In this document: piece by piece, positions 54,001 to 63,613 of the stretch
How positions within the stretch are numbered: the stretch's first letter is position 1
How the letters are laid out: each line of letters starts with the position of its first letter
From: an uncultured Pirellulales bacterium
GTDB lineage: Bacteria > Planctomycetota > Phycisphaerae > Sedimentisphaerales > SM23-30
Assembly: GCA_964537505.1 (NCBI GenBank)
Contig: CAZICK010000001.1
Coordinates: 11,530 to 75,529, forward strand
Direction of reading: 5' to 3'
DNA length: 64,000 nt
Made by a program: the position numbers and the translations under genes
The notes under the pieces: model-generated
What the model saw: only the letters and a program-made list of their open reading frames with translations
The model's database searches: none
What the model was told of the DNA's origin: nothing

Positions 54001-54711
54001 ATGGAAGACCAATTACTAAGAAAGCTCGGCCGGGATTTTCACGCGATTTTCACACCGGAGCGGACTTTGAATTTTTGGCAGGTTATTATAACCCTGGCAA
54101 TCGCATTTATTCTGGGGCTGATCATCACCAAGACGTACAGCAAGACGCACAAGGGCACTACTTATTCTCAATCTTTCTGTCACACGATTATAATCATGGG
54201 CATGGTGATTGCCATTATTATGATGATCATCGGTGAGAACATTGCCCGGGCATTTTCGCTGGTGGGGGCCTTGTCGATCATCCGTTTTCGCACGGCGGTG
54301 AAGGACGCACGTGATACGGGGTTTGTGTTTTTCGCCATGGCGGCGGGAATGGCCTGCGGGACCCGTTTTTATCTTACGGGCGTGACCATGACGGTGGTGA
54401 TTTGTGCCCTGATAATACTGCTGAGCAAACTGGATTATGGCGCCAAACCCACAGTGGATAAACTGTTGACGGTCAGAGTGCCTAATCATATTCCCTACCA
54501 GGAACATTTTACGGACTATTTTATGAAATACCTTTCTCACTATGCCCTGACCAGCGTCGATTCGGTCCGGCAGGGCGCCATGACCGAGTTGGCATACAAC
54601 ATTCGTTTTAAGCGGAACAAGAACGAACAGGAATTTCTTGACGGTCTGCGCGGTCTGAACGACAACAATAAAATAACTTTGCTCTTCCGTGATCAACGTG
54701 TGGATATTTGA
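54001..54711 (+). CDS. DUF4956-family membrane protein
   Basis: 236 aa. About 4 TM helices followed by a soluble C-terminal domain. ARAFSLVGALSIIRFRTAVKDARDTGFVFFAMAAGMACG matches the DUF4956 core. Confidence 0.7.
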   Translation: MEDQLLRKLGRDFHAIFTPERTLNFWQVIITLAIAFILGLIITKTYSKTHKGTTYSQSFCHTIIIMGMVIAIIMMIIGENIARAFSLVGALSIIRFRTAVKDARDTGFVFFAMAAGMACGTRFYLTGVTMTVVICALIILLSKLDYGAKPTVDKLLTVRVPNHIPYQEHFTDYFMKYLSHYALTSVDSVRQGAMTELAYNIRFKRNKNEQEFLDGLRGLNDNNKITLLFRDQRVDI

Positions 54712-54743
54712 GAAGGTTGCAAAGCCAATAGAGTCCAAGTGAA

Positions 54744-55598
54744 ATGACACCGCTGAGAATTTTTATTATCTGTTTCATATTTTATGTTGCCTTTTTGCTG
54801 GTGGCCTTATCGGGCTGCCGGGAGCAAACATGTCCCGTGCGAGAGGTCGAGAAGGTCGATCATAGTCTTTTCGATACGATCGTTCGGTCATGCGTGAATA
54901 CGGAAGGGCTGGTCGATTACGGATTGCTGCGCAGTCAATATGGCGGTATGCTGCGGGAATATCTTGACTATCTGGGCGGGATCGACGCGGATAAATGGTC
55001 TGCTGAAGATGAAGACGACGGCGAGCGGTCTGAATCGCCGATTTATAAGGGCAGGGCAACGCGGCTGGCATTCTGGATCAACGCATACAATGCGCTGTGT
55101 TTGCAGCAGGTGCTGGATTTGAACCGTGATCGGGCCGCGGGCCAATTTTACAAAACCGCTTATCCTCAAGACAGCCTTTTCTTTCATCGCCGTGACTATT
55201 TTATTGCCGGGCGGCGTAGAACGCTCAACGAGATACAAAATCTGATCATTCGGCCCGGATTTTCCGAGCCGAGGGTTTTTGCCGCGCTTTGTTCGGCGTC
55301 TCGATCCGGGGCGCCGCTACGTCCGGAAGCGTATCGAGCTGAGAGGCTACCGGCTCAACTGGATAACCAATGCCGGCTCTGGATTGCCAGTAAGACTCAT
55401 AATCGACTCGATACAGAAAACGGCGTTCTTTACCTTTCTGATATTTTTAAGAATTTCGCCCAGGACTTCGACCGGCTGTACGATAACCCCCGAGGTTTTT
55501 TCCTTAAATACACCACCGACCCGGCTGAGATAAAATACCTGCAGAGCCATGAGGTTTTTGTTTCTTATCTGCCGTGCGACTGGTCTTTGAATGGGTAA
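54744..55598 (+). CDS. DUF547-family protein with N-terminal lipoprotein-like signal
   Basis: 284 aa. LVALSGC lipobox. LAFWINAYNALCLQQVL and TLNEIQNLIIRP are characteristic DUF547 blocks. Confidence 0.7.
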   Translation: MTPLRIFIICFIFYVAFLLVALSGCREQTCPVREVEKVDHSLFDTIVRSCVNTEGLVDYGLLRSQYGGMLREYLDYLGGIDADKWSAEDEDDGERSESPIYKGRATRLAFWINAYNALCLQQVLDLNRDRAAGQFYKTAYPQDSLFFHRRDYFIAGRRRTLNEIQNLIIRPGFSEPRVFAALCSASRSGAPLRPEAYRAERLPAQLDNQCRLWIASKTHNRLDTENGVLYLSDIFKNFAQDFDRLYDNPRGFFLKYTTDPAEIKYLQSHEVFVSYLPCDWSLNG

Positions 55599-55694
55599 GA
55601 ACACAGCACGAACGACGGCGGACACAGGGCGCACCCGCCATTTTCATCCGGGCCACGCCTGCTCAATTGTTATGGTTACATATCGCGGCCGATT

Positions 55695-57569
55695 TTACCA
55701 GAAGTAAATGTAGAGCGCAATCGTAATGGCGACGGCTATGACGCCCAGGACTTTAGCTGATCCGGAAGATTCCAGGTTGATCTGTGTCTGGACGGGCATT
55801 GGTTTTGCGACCTTTAGCGGTTTGATCAGAGTGATGATTCCCATAACCGCCAATACACAGAAGAATGACAGGGCCATGCGATCGAGAAACGCCATTTTGG
55901 GCAGGATCACTTTCAAAATACCGTACATTGGCGGGTTCAGCAGCAGGCCAACGATGCCGGTGATGGGTGGGGCTTTTTTCACGATCAGGCCGAACACAAA
56001 TACGGCGAGTATGCCTGGTGAGATGAAGCCCTGGAATTCCTGGATGTAAGTAAAAATTCCGCCGAATTTGGGGTCGCCAAGCAGCGGTGAGATCAGGCAA
56101 CCGATGACGACAAACACAATTACACAAAACCGGCCGATAGTGACGAGGTTTCGCTGTGAGGCGTCTTTGTTCATATATTTTTTATAGAGGTCCATGGTGA
56201 AGATGGTGGAGGCGGAGTTTAGCATGGCGGCGAGCGAACTCATGACGGCCCCGAGGATGGCCGCAAGCATGAATCCCTGTAGTCCGACGCCTGACGGGAT
56301 GAGTTTGCCGATCAGCAGCGCAAAAGCGGAGTCGTGCAGATAGCCGATGAGAGGCTCCTTGACGGGTTCGACTTTTGCCTGTTCGGCGGCTGCTGCGACA
56401 CGTTCGTTATACTGTTCGACTTCGGCGGTTTTTTCGGGATAGAGTTTTTTGAAGTCGCCTCTGCATTCGAAGATGGTGAAGGGTTCTGTGGGCGGTGCGT
56501 CTTTGAGTTTTTCGTATTTTAGCAGGGTTTTTTCGTTGCCCTGGACGGTGGCGAAGCCTTCGTTCGCTTTCTGGGCCATATCGCCGCTGAACAGATTGAA
56601 GGCGACTATACCTGGAATAACGATAATAAAGGGAATGAGCAGTTTGAGAAAGGCGGCAAAGACGATGCCTTTTTGCCCCTGTGCAAGCGATTTGGAACCG
56701 AGCGTTCGCTGGGTGATGTACTGATTGAGTCCCCAATAATAGAAGTTTGGAATCCATAGTCCCAGCACAAGCGCGGTCCATGGGATTTCGGCATCTGTGC
56801 GAGGCAGCACCATGTGCAGTTTGTCTTTGTTGAGCTGGAAGAATTTGGTGAGACCTCCAGCGTTGTCGGTGAGTCCTCCTGGTATAATGCCGCTGTTGAG
56901 GCCACTGGTCAGTTCGGCTACAGGCGTAGCGCCCAGTTTGCTGATAGCTAAACCGACGACAATAGCGCCGCCGGCTATCAATGCGGAACCCTGCAGGAGA
57001 TCGGCCCATGCACATGCCTTTAGCCCACCGGATACGACATAGACGGCCGCGAGAATGCCAATGATCCACGAAGCAGTGACAATGTTGATGGGGATGAAGC
57101 CAAACAGCACTCTGCCCTGAAACAAGGTGTCAACGGTGATGGCACCAGAGAAGATGACCGCGGCAATGGTAACGCCTACATAGATGACCATGGTAAAAAA
57201 GGCCATGATCGAACGGGAGGCTTCACTATAACGATATTCAAGGTATTCCGGGATGGTGTAAATGCCGGATTTGAGAAACTTTGGCAGGAAAACGAAAGCT
57301 ACGACGACCAGAGTGATGGCGGCCATCCATTCATAGCTGGCAATTGCCAATCCCAGCCAATCGGCAGCCTTTCCGGACATGCCTACGAACTGCTCGGTGG
57401 AGATGTTTGCGGCGATGAGAGAAAAGCCGATGAGCCACCAACTCAGGCCGCGACCGGCGAGAAAGTAGTCTTCGCTGGTTTTTTCTTTTCGGCTTTTGAG
57501 CAGACCAACGGAGATTACGCATGCGATAAAAGCCAAAAAAATCGCGACGTCAATAAAGCTCAGTTCCAT
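55695..57569 (-). CDS. Sodium:solute symporter (SSS/SGLT family)
   Basis: 624 aa with about 14 TM helices. EDYFLAGRGLSWWLIGFSLIAANISTEQFVGMSG is the SSS family N-terminal signature. Confidence 0.9.
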   Translation of the reverse strand: MELSFIDVAIFLAFIACVISVGLLKSRKEKTSEDYFLAGRGLSWWLIGFSLIAANISTEQFVGMSGKAADWLGLAIASYEWMAAITLVVVAFVFLPKFLKSGIYTIPEYLEYRYSEASRSIMAFFTMVIYVGVTIAAVIFSGAITVDTLFQGRVLFGFIPINIVTASWIIGILAAVYVVSGGLKACAWADLLQGSALIAGGAIVVGLAISKLGATPVAELTSGLNSGIIPGGLTDNAGGLTKFFQLNKDKLHMVLPRTDAEIPWTALVLGLWIPNFYYWGLNQYITQRTLGSKSLAQGQKGIVFAAFLKLLIPFIIVIPGIVAFNLFSGDMAQKANEGFATVQGNEKTLLKYEKLKDAPPTEPFTIFECRGDFKKLYPEKTAEVEQYNERVAAAAEQAKVEPVKEPLIGYLHDSAFALLIGKLIPSGVGLQGFMLAAILGAVMSSLAAMLNSASTIFTMDLYKKYMNKDASQRNLVTIGRFCVIVFVVIGCLISPLLGDPKFGGIFTYIQEFQGFISPGILAVFVFGLIVKKAPPITGIVGLLLNPPMYGILKVILPKMAFLDRMALSFFCVLAVMGIITLIKPLKVAKPMPVQTQINLESSGSAKVLGVIAVAITIALYIYFW

Positions 57570-57787
57570 AATACATGTCCTTTCGTTAGAGTTCGATAAA
57601 ATGGTCGATGGTTTCGGAAAACCTCGATTATATGGCTCAAATGGCGTTGGTAGGCATTATAGAAACGGCAGGGCCGGTCTGCAAGGATATTTATGGGGGG
57701 AATTTGGCAGGTGCTGAGACCTGCGGATCTGCGGTCAGGAAGTTGGAAACTCAAGGGCGATTGGCATAGATCGGGGCCTGGTTTGGC

Positions 57788-60766
57788 CTAGCTGCAGCCC
57801 ATTGAGGCGCCGCAGTTGAAGCATCTGTAGCAGTTTCCGTTTCGTACGGTGATGGAACCGCAGGCATCGCAAACGGGCGCATCAGACTGGAAATGGGTAA
57901 ACTGGCGATTGAAAGACTGGATGGTTTTGGTACGGTCGGTGGTTTCCATAGTCGGTTTGTTGACTATGTCGATCAGTTCGCTGATACGGTTACTCATATT
58001 GGAGAGCTTGTCCTTTTGGTGTGGCGAGGTTTCATCGTCGCCGGCGTTGTCCGGCCAAAGTGGTACAGAGGGTGCGGGAGTGGAATCGGGTCGTTTAGGC
58101 GCGTTGGCCTCACGATAGCCGGGCAGGAAAGTCATGCCGAGCCAGCGAGCAATATAGTCGATAAGACTCTTTGCAATCGGTATGTCGCGGTTGCTGGTCA
58201 TTCCGGCCGGTTCGAAACGTGCGTGACTGAATTTGGAGACCAAAGTGCTAAGCGGTACGCCATACTGCAATGACATGGAAATACAAGTGCCAAAGGCGTC
58301 CATAAGCCCCCCGACGGTGCTGCCTTCCTTGGCCATGGTGATAAAGAGTTCACCCGGGGTTCCATCCTCATACAAGCCCACCGTCAGGTAACCTTCGTGG
58401 CCGGCTACGTCAAATTTGTGCGTGATGGAACGTCTGGTTTCGGGCAGACGTATGCGTTGCGGCCGGCGTTCCAGTGTGCCGTTTAATTCGTCGGGGGAAT
58501 CGTGAGTTTCTTTTTGTTTAGTTTTTTTTGTTGATAGCGGCTGTGACCGTTTGGAGCCGTCGCGATAAATGGCCAATGCCTTGAGTCCCAGTTTCCAGCC
58601 GGTCATGTAAGCGGCTTTGATTTCACCGGCGGTACTTTCATGAGGCATGTTGACCGTTTTACTTATGGCGCCGGAGATGAATGGCTGAGCGGCAGAGATC
58701 ATTTTGATGTGCGCCAAATAATGGATACTGCGTCGGCCCTGTGCAGGTTTGAAGGCACAGTCGAAAACGGGCAGATGTTCGGGCTTGAGATCGGCGGCGG
58801 TTTCGATGGTGTCGTCCCGCTCGATTTGGGTTACTATTTTTTTGATCTGGTCTGGCGTGTAGCCGAGTTTTTCCAGAGCCATGGTCACGGTATTGTTGAC
58901 GATTTTGAGCATCCCGCCGCCGGCGAGCAGTTTGTATTTGACCAGGGCGATATCGGGTTCGATACCGGTAGTGTCGCAGTCCATCATAAAGCCAATAGTA
59001 CCGGTGGGGGCCAGGACGGTGGTCTGAGCATTGCGGAAGCCATAATCGCTTCCTGTTTTGAAAGCCTGATCCCAACAATCGCCGGCAGCCCGCAACAGAT
59101 AACTGGGACAAAGATTGCTGTCAATATCGCGAACCGCCTGACGGTGCATGTCAACAACCCGCAGCATAGGTTCACGATTGGGCTGGAAATGCTTAAATGG
59201 TCCCAATATACGGGCTAATTCGGCGCTGACGCAGTAAGCAGTGCCGGTCATAATTGCTGTGATCACTCCGGCCAGGGCGCGGGCCTGATCGCTGTCATAG
59301 GGCAGTCCCAAAGACATTACCAACGTACCTAAATTGGCGTAGCCCAATCCGAGAGGTCGAAACTTGTGTGAATTATGAGCGATTTTTTCCGTTGGGTAAC
59401 TGCCGTGATCGACGAGTATTTCCTGAGCGATGATGAAGATGCGAACAGCCTGCTGAAAACTGGCGATATCGAAACTACCGTCAGGTCGGCGGAATTTCAT
59501 CAGGTTCAGGCTGGCCAGGTTGCAAGCGGAATCGTCAATAAACATATATTCACTGCAAGGATTGCTGGCGTTGATTCGGCCGTTGTTGGGGCAGGTGTGC
59601 CAGCGATTGATGGTGGTGTCGTACTGCAATCCGGGATCGCCGCAAATGTGTGTTCCCTCAGCGATCAAGTCCATCAACTCCTGTGCCTGGTATGTCTCGA
59701 TGGGCAGGCCGGTGGTAACCGCCTTAGTGGTGAAAGGTCCGTCCTGCTCCACCGCTGTCATAAATTCGTCCGTGACACGTACCGACAGGTTCGAGTTCTG
59801 GAACATAACGCTGCTGTAAGCCTGGCCGTTATAGCTGCCGTCATATCCATTTTCGATAAGCGCCCAGGCCTTTCGCTCTTCAGCGGCTTTGCAGGTGATG
59901 AACTCTTTGATATCTGGATGATGGATTTTCAACGATTGCATTTTGGCGGCCCGGCGTGTTTTACCGCCGCTTTTGACGACAGCGGCAATCTGATCGAAGA
60001 CCCGCATAAAACTAAGCGGACCAGAAGGTTTGCCTCCGCCACTGAGTTTCTCGCAACTGGATCGCAGAGTGGAAAGATCGGTACCAGTGCCACTGCCGTG
60101 TTTGAATAACATCGCTTCGCTGGCGGCCAGGGCCATGATGTCTTCCATAGTGTCGCCAACACTTTGAATGAAACAGGCAGAGGCCTGTGGAAACTGGTAC
60201 GAATTTTCACAAGGTTTTACCGTTTGGGTTGGTATGTCCCAATGATAATTGTGTTTGCTGCCGGAGATACCTTTGACGTGATGGAGACCGACGTTGAACC
60301 AAACGGGGGAATTAAATGCTCCATATTGATTTACACAGAGCCAAGTCAACTCATTGTAAAAGATATCCGCCTGCTCACTGGAGCCGACAAGCCCATCCTG
60401 CAAGGCCCAATTAGCAATAGTACGGGTCACGCGATGAATCAATTCCTTGACGGAACGTTCTCGCTGTTCGGTACCGAGTTCGCCATAAAAATATTTACTA
60501 ACAACCACCTTGGTGGCTAACTGGGAAAACTGTTTGGGCACCTCGACGTCAGGCTGTTCAAAAACCACGTTACCGTTTTCGTCGGTAATGGTCGCGGTGC
60601 GGCGGCTCCACTGCAACTGGTCGAACGGATGGACATCGGAACTACTGAAGTAAGGTTTTATTTCGAGGGGTTCGCGGTTTTGGCGTTCAGAACCGCTGTT
60701 TTCTACCTGAGAGAAGCTCTTCTTCGACGGTGAGTTATCGGACGAATTAGTGATGCTGTCAGTCAT
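57788..60766 (-). CDS. nrdJ: Class II (adenosylcobalamin-dependent) ribonucleotide reductase NrdJ with C-terminal Cys-rich zinc-ribbon tail
   Basis: 992 aa. ACFIQSV, SNPCSEY (catalytic Cys loop), APTGTIG and AISKTVNMP blocks. C-terminus CDACGSITVRNGNCYRCFNCGASMGCS. Confidence 0.95.
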   Translation of the reverse strand: MTDSITNSSDNSPSKKSFSQVENSGSERQNREPLEIKPYFSSSDVHPFDQLQWSRRTATITDENGNVVFEQPDVEVPKQFSQLATKVVVSKYFYGELGTEQRERSVKELIHRVTRTIANWALQDGLVGSSEQADIFYNELTWLCVNQYGAFNSPVWFNVGLHHVKGISGSKHNYHWDIPTQTVKPCENSYQFPQASACFIQSVGDTMEDIMALAASEAMLFKHGSGTGTDLSTLRSSCEKLSGGGKPSGPLSFMRVFDQIAAVVKSGGKTRRAAKMQSLKIHHPDIKEFITCKAAEERKAWALIENGYDGSYNGQAYSSVMFQNSNLSVRVTDEFMTAVEQDGPFTTKAVTTGLPIETYQAQELMDLIAEGTHICGDPGLQYDTTINRWHTCPNNGRINASNPCSEYMFIDDSACNLASLNLMKFRRPDGSFDIASFQQAVRIFIIAQEILVDHGSYPTEKIAHNSHKFRPLGLGYANLGTLVMSLGLPYDSDQARALAGVITAIMTGTAYCVSAELARILGPFKHFQPNREPMLRVVDMHRQAVRDIDSNLCPSYLLRAAGDCWDQAFKTGSDYGFRNAQTTVLAPTGTIGFMMDCDTTGIEPDIALVKYKLLAGGGMLKIVNNTVTMALEKLGYTPDQIKKIVTQIERDDTIETAADLKPEHLPVFDCAFKPAQGRRSIHYLAHIKMISAAQPFISGAISKTVNMPHESTAGEIKAAYMTGWKLGLKALAIYRDGSKRSQPLSTKKTKQKETHDSPDELNGTLERRPQRIRLPETRRSITHKFDVAGHEGYLTVGLYEDGTPGELFITMAKEGSTVGGLMDAFGTCISMSLQYGVPLSTLVSKFSHARFEPAGMTSNRDIPIAKSLIDYIARWLGMTFLPGYREANAPKRPDSTPAPSVPLWPDNAGDDETSPHQKDKLSNMSNRISELIDIVNKPTMETTDRTKTIQSFNRQFTHFQSDAPVCDACGSITVRNGNCYRCFNCGASMGCS

Positions 60767-60986
60767 GACAAACTCCTAATCTCTATATGTTTATGTTTCC
60801 TGGCTGTAATCCCAAGCAAGGTTTCTCAGCGCATACCCGTAGCGACAAAGCATCCATGATAATTATAACAGACCCGGACGCCGTAGAGGGCAATAATCCA
60901 GCCTTCACTCCAATCCGAAGAAGCGATTTTGCCAAAAAAACTCAAAGCCGGGAAATCGAAAGGCTCTCCCGGATATGTCCCATAAA

Positions 60987-61033
60987 AGTCAATATCTTGA
61001 ATGCGCTTTCATAATAAACACTACATCTAGTAA
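60987..61033. promoter_or_regulatory. Two putative NrdR boxes spaced 31 bp apart, upstream of nrdJ
   Basis: AGTCAATATCTTGAAT (60987-61002) and ACACTACATCTAGTAA (61018-61033), compared with the NrdR-box consensus acaCwAtATaTwGtgt (11/16 and 12/16 by my count). They lie 220-265 bp upstream of the nrdJ start codon. Confidence 0.45.
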
Positions 61034-61470
61034 GTCAATCGACTTTTTCCCGATTTTTCTATAATTTTTATTACTCCTTACAGGACAAGGAGCTGCGAAA
61101 AGGAATTTTAATAACTCACAGGCCGGCAACTCCTTTTTGTCCGGATTTGGCGAAGCGTTTTTGTTATGGTGCAGCGTAAATGACCGCGATTGTGCGATTC
61201 TGTGTAACTCGTTTATGTATAAACAGTTATGTGACATTGCGGTCAGTTGGCCTGCGTTACGCAAATATCAAATATTTGCGGTCAATTTGCATATAATGGC
61301 CTCAATGACGCCAGCGTCAAAATAATTGTGAAAGGTTGATTCCATTATTAAGGTGGATTTTAACGCGTGAATATTGATTTTTGGCGCTAATACCTCATAA
61401 GGATCTAAAGCCGGTCTGGATAACTGTCGAGAAGTATCAGAGAAGTGAGACAACTTCCGGGAGTTAGAGT

Positions 61471-62667
61471 ATGTCTGAAAAAGACCAATTATTAATCGTT
61501 AATGACGGTAGCAAGCTGCTGCAGGGGCTGCAGGAGGCGATAGAGCAACTGGATTTCGAAACCAAGGTTTGTCGGCCCTGTGAGGCTTTGGAAGAGCTTA
61601 AAGGAACAGACCACACGGCAGCGGTTGTGCTGGCAACAGAAAAACTGAGCCATTTGGAAAATGAATTTCTCGACAAGTTTGCTGCCCGTGTAAAAGCACT
61701 TTCGATGAATATGCTTGTGTTGGCTGATGAGGCTGCCGGAGATAATTTGATTGAGATGCTGCACGGCCACGGGATTTTCCACGCTCACAACAGCGAGTCA
61801 TGCGAGATGCTTAAGGGGCGATTGGCTATGTTATTCGAGTTGCGTGGGCAGTTGCATGAGTTGACAGCCGAATTAAAAATGCAACAAGCTATCAGTCAGC
61901 CGTTAAATACCACCTTTACCCAGGTTGGTGAAGAGATGCAGTTGGCGGCACGGTTACAACGTGATTTTCTGCCACAACAGTTACCACAAATAGAAGGCAT
62001 ACGTTTTGCCAGTATTTATCGACCGGCCACCTGGGTCAGTGGCGATATTTACGACGTCATGCGTCTGGACGAAAGACATGTCGGTTTTTATGTAGCGGAT
62101 GTAGTGGGGCACGGGATGCCAGCGGCGCTATTGACCATATTCATCAAGCAGTCTCTGGTAACCAAGCGTATCAGCGGGCACAATTATAGTTTGGTCGAGC
62201 CTGGAGAAGTACTGGAACAACTGAACGAGAAATTTGTTGAACAGCAACTGCACGATTTTCAGTTTGCCACCTGTTGTTACGGTATTCTCGATATTCAAAC
62301 GCTTCAGTTGCGGCTGGCAAACGCAGGACACCCGTTTCCTATGCGTTTCGACCGTAACGGTCAATTGCAGGAACTGGAGACCAAGAATTCGCTGCTGGGC
62401 GTTTTTCCCGGCCAAAAATATTTTACCGAATCATTTCAGCTTCAGCCGGGTGATAAACTGCTGGTGTACAGTGACGGGATGGAACTGGCGTTCGTTAATG
62501 AGGGGCCGGACAAGCCGTTACGTTTCCGCAAGGAATTCGAGTATCTGATTCACCTGGACATAGAGACCATGTGCAACAAGCTGGTGGAGATTATCGAAGA
62601 GGAAGAAGGGTCATTGCATCCGCGTGATGACGTTACCATCGTGGGAATCGAACTGGCCGATCATTAA
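61471..62667 (+). CDS. PP2C-type serine phosphatase (SpoIIE/RsbU family) with degenerate receiver-like N-terminal domain
   Basis: 398 aa. SGDIYDV, GFYVADVVGHGMPAALL, VYSDGM and DDVTIVGIEL are PP2C metal-binding blocks. The N-terminal ~120 aa have a CheY-like alternating pattern (LLIVNDG...). Confidence 0.85.
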   Translation: MSEKDQLLIVNDGSKLLQGLQEAIEQLDFETKVCRPCEALEELKGTDHTAAVVLATEKLSHLENEFLDKFAARVKALSMNMLVLADEAAGDNLIEMLHGHGIFHAHNSESCEMLKGRLAMLFELRGQLHELTAELKMQQAISQPLNTTFTQVGEEMQLAARLQRDFLPQQLPQIEGIRFASIYRPATWVSGDIYDVMRLDERHVGFYVADVVGHGMPAALLTIFIKQSLVTKRISGHNYSLVEPGEVLEQLNEKFVEQQLHDFQFATCCYGILDIQTLQLRLANAGHPFPMRFDRNGQLQELETKNSLLGVFPGQKYFTESFQLQPGDKLLVYSDGMELAFVNEGPDKPLRFRKEFEYLIHLDIETMCNKLVEIIEEEEGSLHPRDDVTIVGIELADH

Positions 62668-62754
62668 GGTTTTTGGCGTGAGATGCACACTTTTGCCTGC
62701 TTCATATCCAGGCATCTAACGCCAATTGAGATTAGATTCATTTTCGCACGGTAA

Positions 62755-63327
62755 TCATGTGCCTGCCATAAACAAGTGATCCACCAGAATTTTAGTTCCT
62801 ATCCCGAGCAGAACCAATCCACCAAAAGCCTCAATGCCGGACTCGCAGAAGTGGCCAAATATTTTTCCTATATAAAAGCCTGCATACGAAAGGACAAAAG
62901 TGATCAGGCCAATAATTATTACCGCTATTATCAAAGAGCCTGCCAGAAGAAAAAAGAAAGTTATGCCAACCGCCAAGGCGTCAATACTGGTAGCCACAGC
63001 CAATATTAAAAGCATGCCGACACTGAGCGGATCGGAAGGTTTTCGAGATTTTTTGAATTTGAAAGACTCGTATATCATCTTAGAACCAATAAAAGCCAGA
63101 AGCCCAAACGCTACCCAGTGATCGTAGTTTTTAATATAGTCTCTTAAGGCCAACCCGGCAAACCATCCTATGACAGGCATAATTGCCTGAAAACCTCCAA
63201 AAAACAAGGCTATCTTGAATGCGTGATTCATTGTTGGCTTTTTGTAAACCGAACCGGTTACAATGGAGACCGCAAAAGCGTCCATTGCCAAGCCGATGGC
63301 TATAATAATAACTGTTAGTATATTCAT
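62755..63327 (-). CDS. mntP: Manganese efflux pump MntP
   Basis: 190 aa. MNILTVIIIAIGLAMDAFAVSI and a second SIDALAVGITF motif give the duplicated MntP/DUF204 signature. Confidence 0.9.
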   Translation of the reverse strand: MNILTVIIIAIGLAMDAFAVSIVTGSVYKKPTMNHAFKIALFFGGFQAIMPVIGWFAGLALRDYIKNYDHWVAFGLLAFIGSKMIYESFKFKKSRKPSDPLSVGMLLILAVATSIDALAVGITFFFLLAGSLIIAVIIIGLITFVLSYAGFYIGKIFGHFCESGIEAFGGLVLLGIGTKILVDHLFMAGT

Positions 63328-63412
63328 TTTAGTTCTGTTCGACTTCAGTTATATCAATTGAGGTTGATTGAACCGATTTGCTATTAATGCCATTCCCGCG
63401 CAGGCGGAAATC

Positions 63413-63596
63413 TATAGGGAACCTCTAAAAATTCATTTTTACTACGAACGGCTGCAATTTTCGTCAGCATCGTTATCGGCCAAAAATCGTCCTCAACGTA
63501 GTTACAACTACGCCTGCGGCGATTTTTGACCTCTGCCTCGCTGACGAAAATTTCGCTCGTTCTCGTGACAAAAGCAATTTTTAGAGGTTCCCTATA
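63413..63596. repeat. 184-bp MITE-like palindromic element with perfect 21-bp terminal inverted repeats
   Basis: TATAGGGAACCTCTAAAAATT (63413-63433) and AATTTTTAGAGGTTCCCTATA (63576-63596). The two halves are imperfect inverted copies of each other, sharing AATTTTCGTCAGC, AAAAATCG and CGTAGTT...AACTACG at the centre. A half copy lies at 27834-27925. Confidence 0.8.
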
Positions 63597-63613
63597 ATCT
63601 TTATTCATATAGC

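Noticed and set aside
713-60109. Long antisense or shadow ORFs inside confidently assigned genes (for example 713-1375, 2153-2854, 15226-16431, 24218-25042, 26685-27359, 48348-49220, 51722-52609, 54016-54750, 56407-57069, 59375-60109)
   Set aside because: Each is fully embedded opposite a gene with strong family motifs and gives Arg/His/Gly-rich nonsense-like translations. This is the typical shadow-ORF effect in about 50% GC DNA.
60923-60972. Hairpin plus T-run in the nrdJ leader as a definite attenuator or terminator
   Set aside because: The stem is only 6 bp with a 13-nt loop, and 6 nt separate the stem from the T-run. That is too weak to call, so it is only mentioned under the NrdR finding.
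63328-63412. yybP-ykoY manganese riboswitch upstream of mntP
   Set aside because: The 85-nt leader is too short, and I could not see the conserved riboswitch helices or motifs. The region is instead occupied by a REP-like hairpin.
63384-63608. 74-aa - strand ORF (MNKDYREPLKIAFVTRTSEIFVSE...)
   Set aside because: It lies entirely within the palindromic MITE-like element. A similar peptide arises from the half-copy at 27.8 kb simply because the DNA repeat is shared. It has no RBS.
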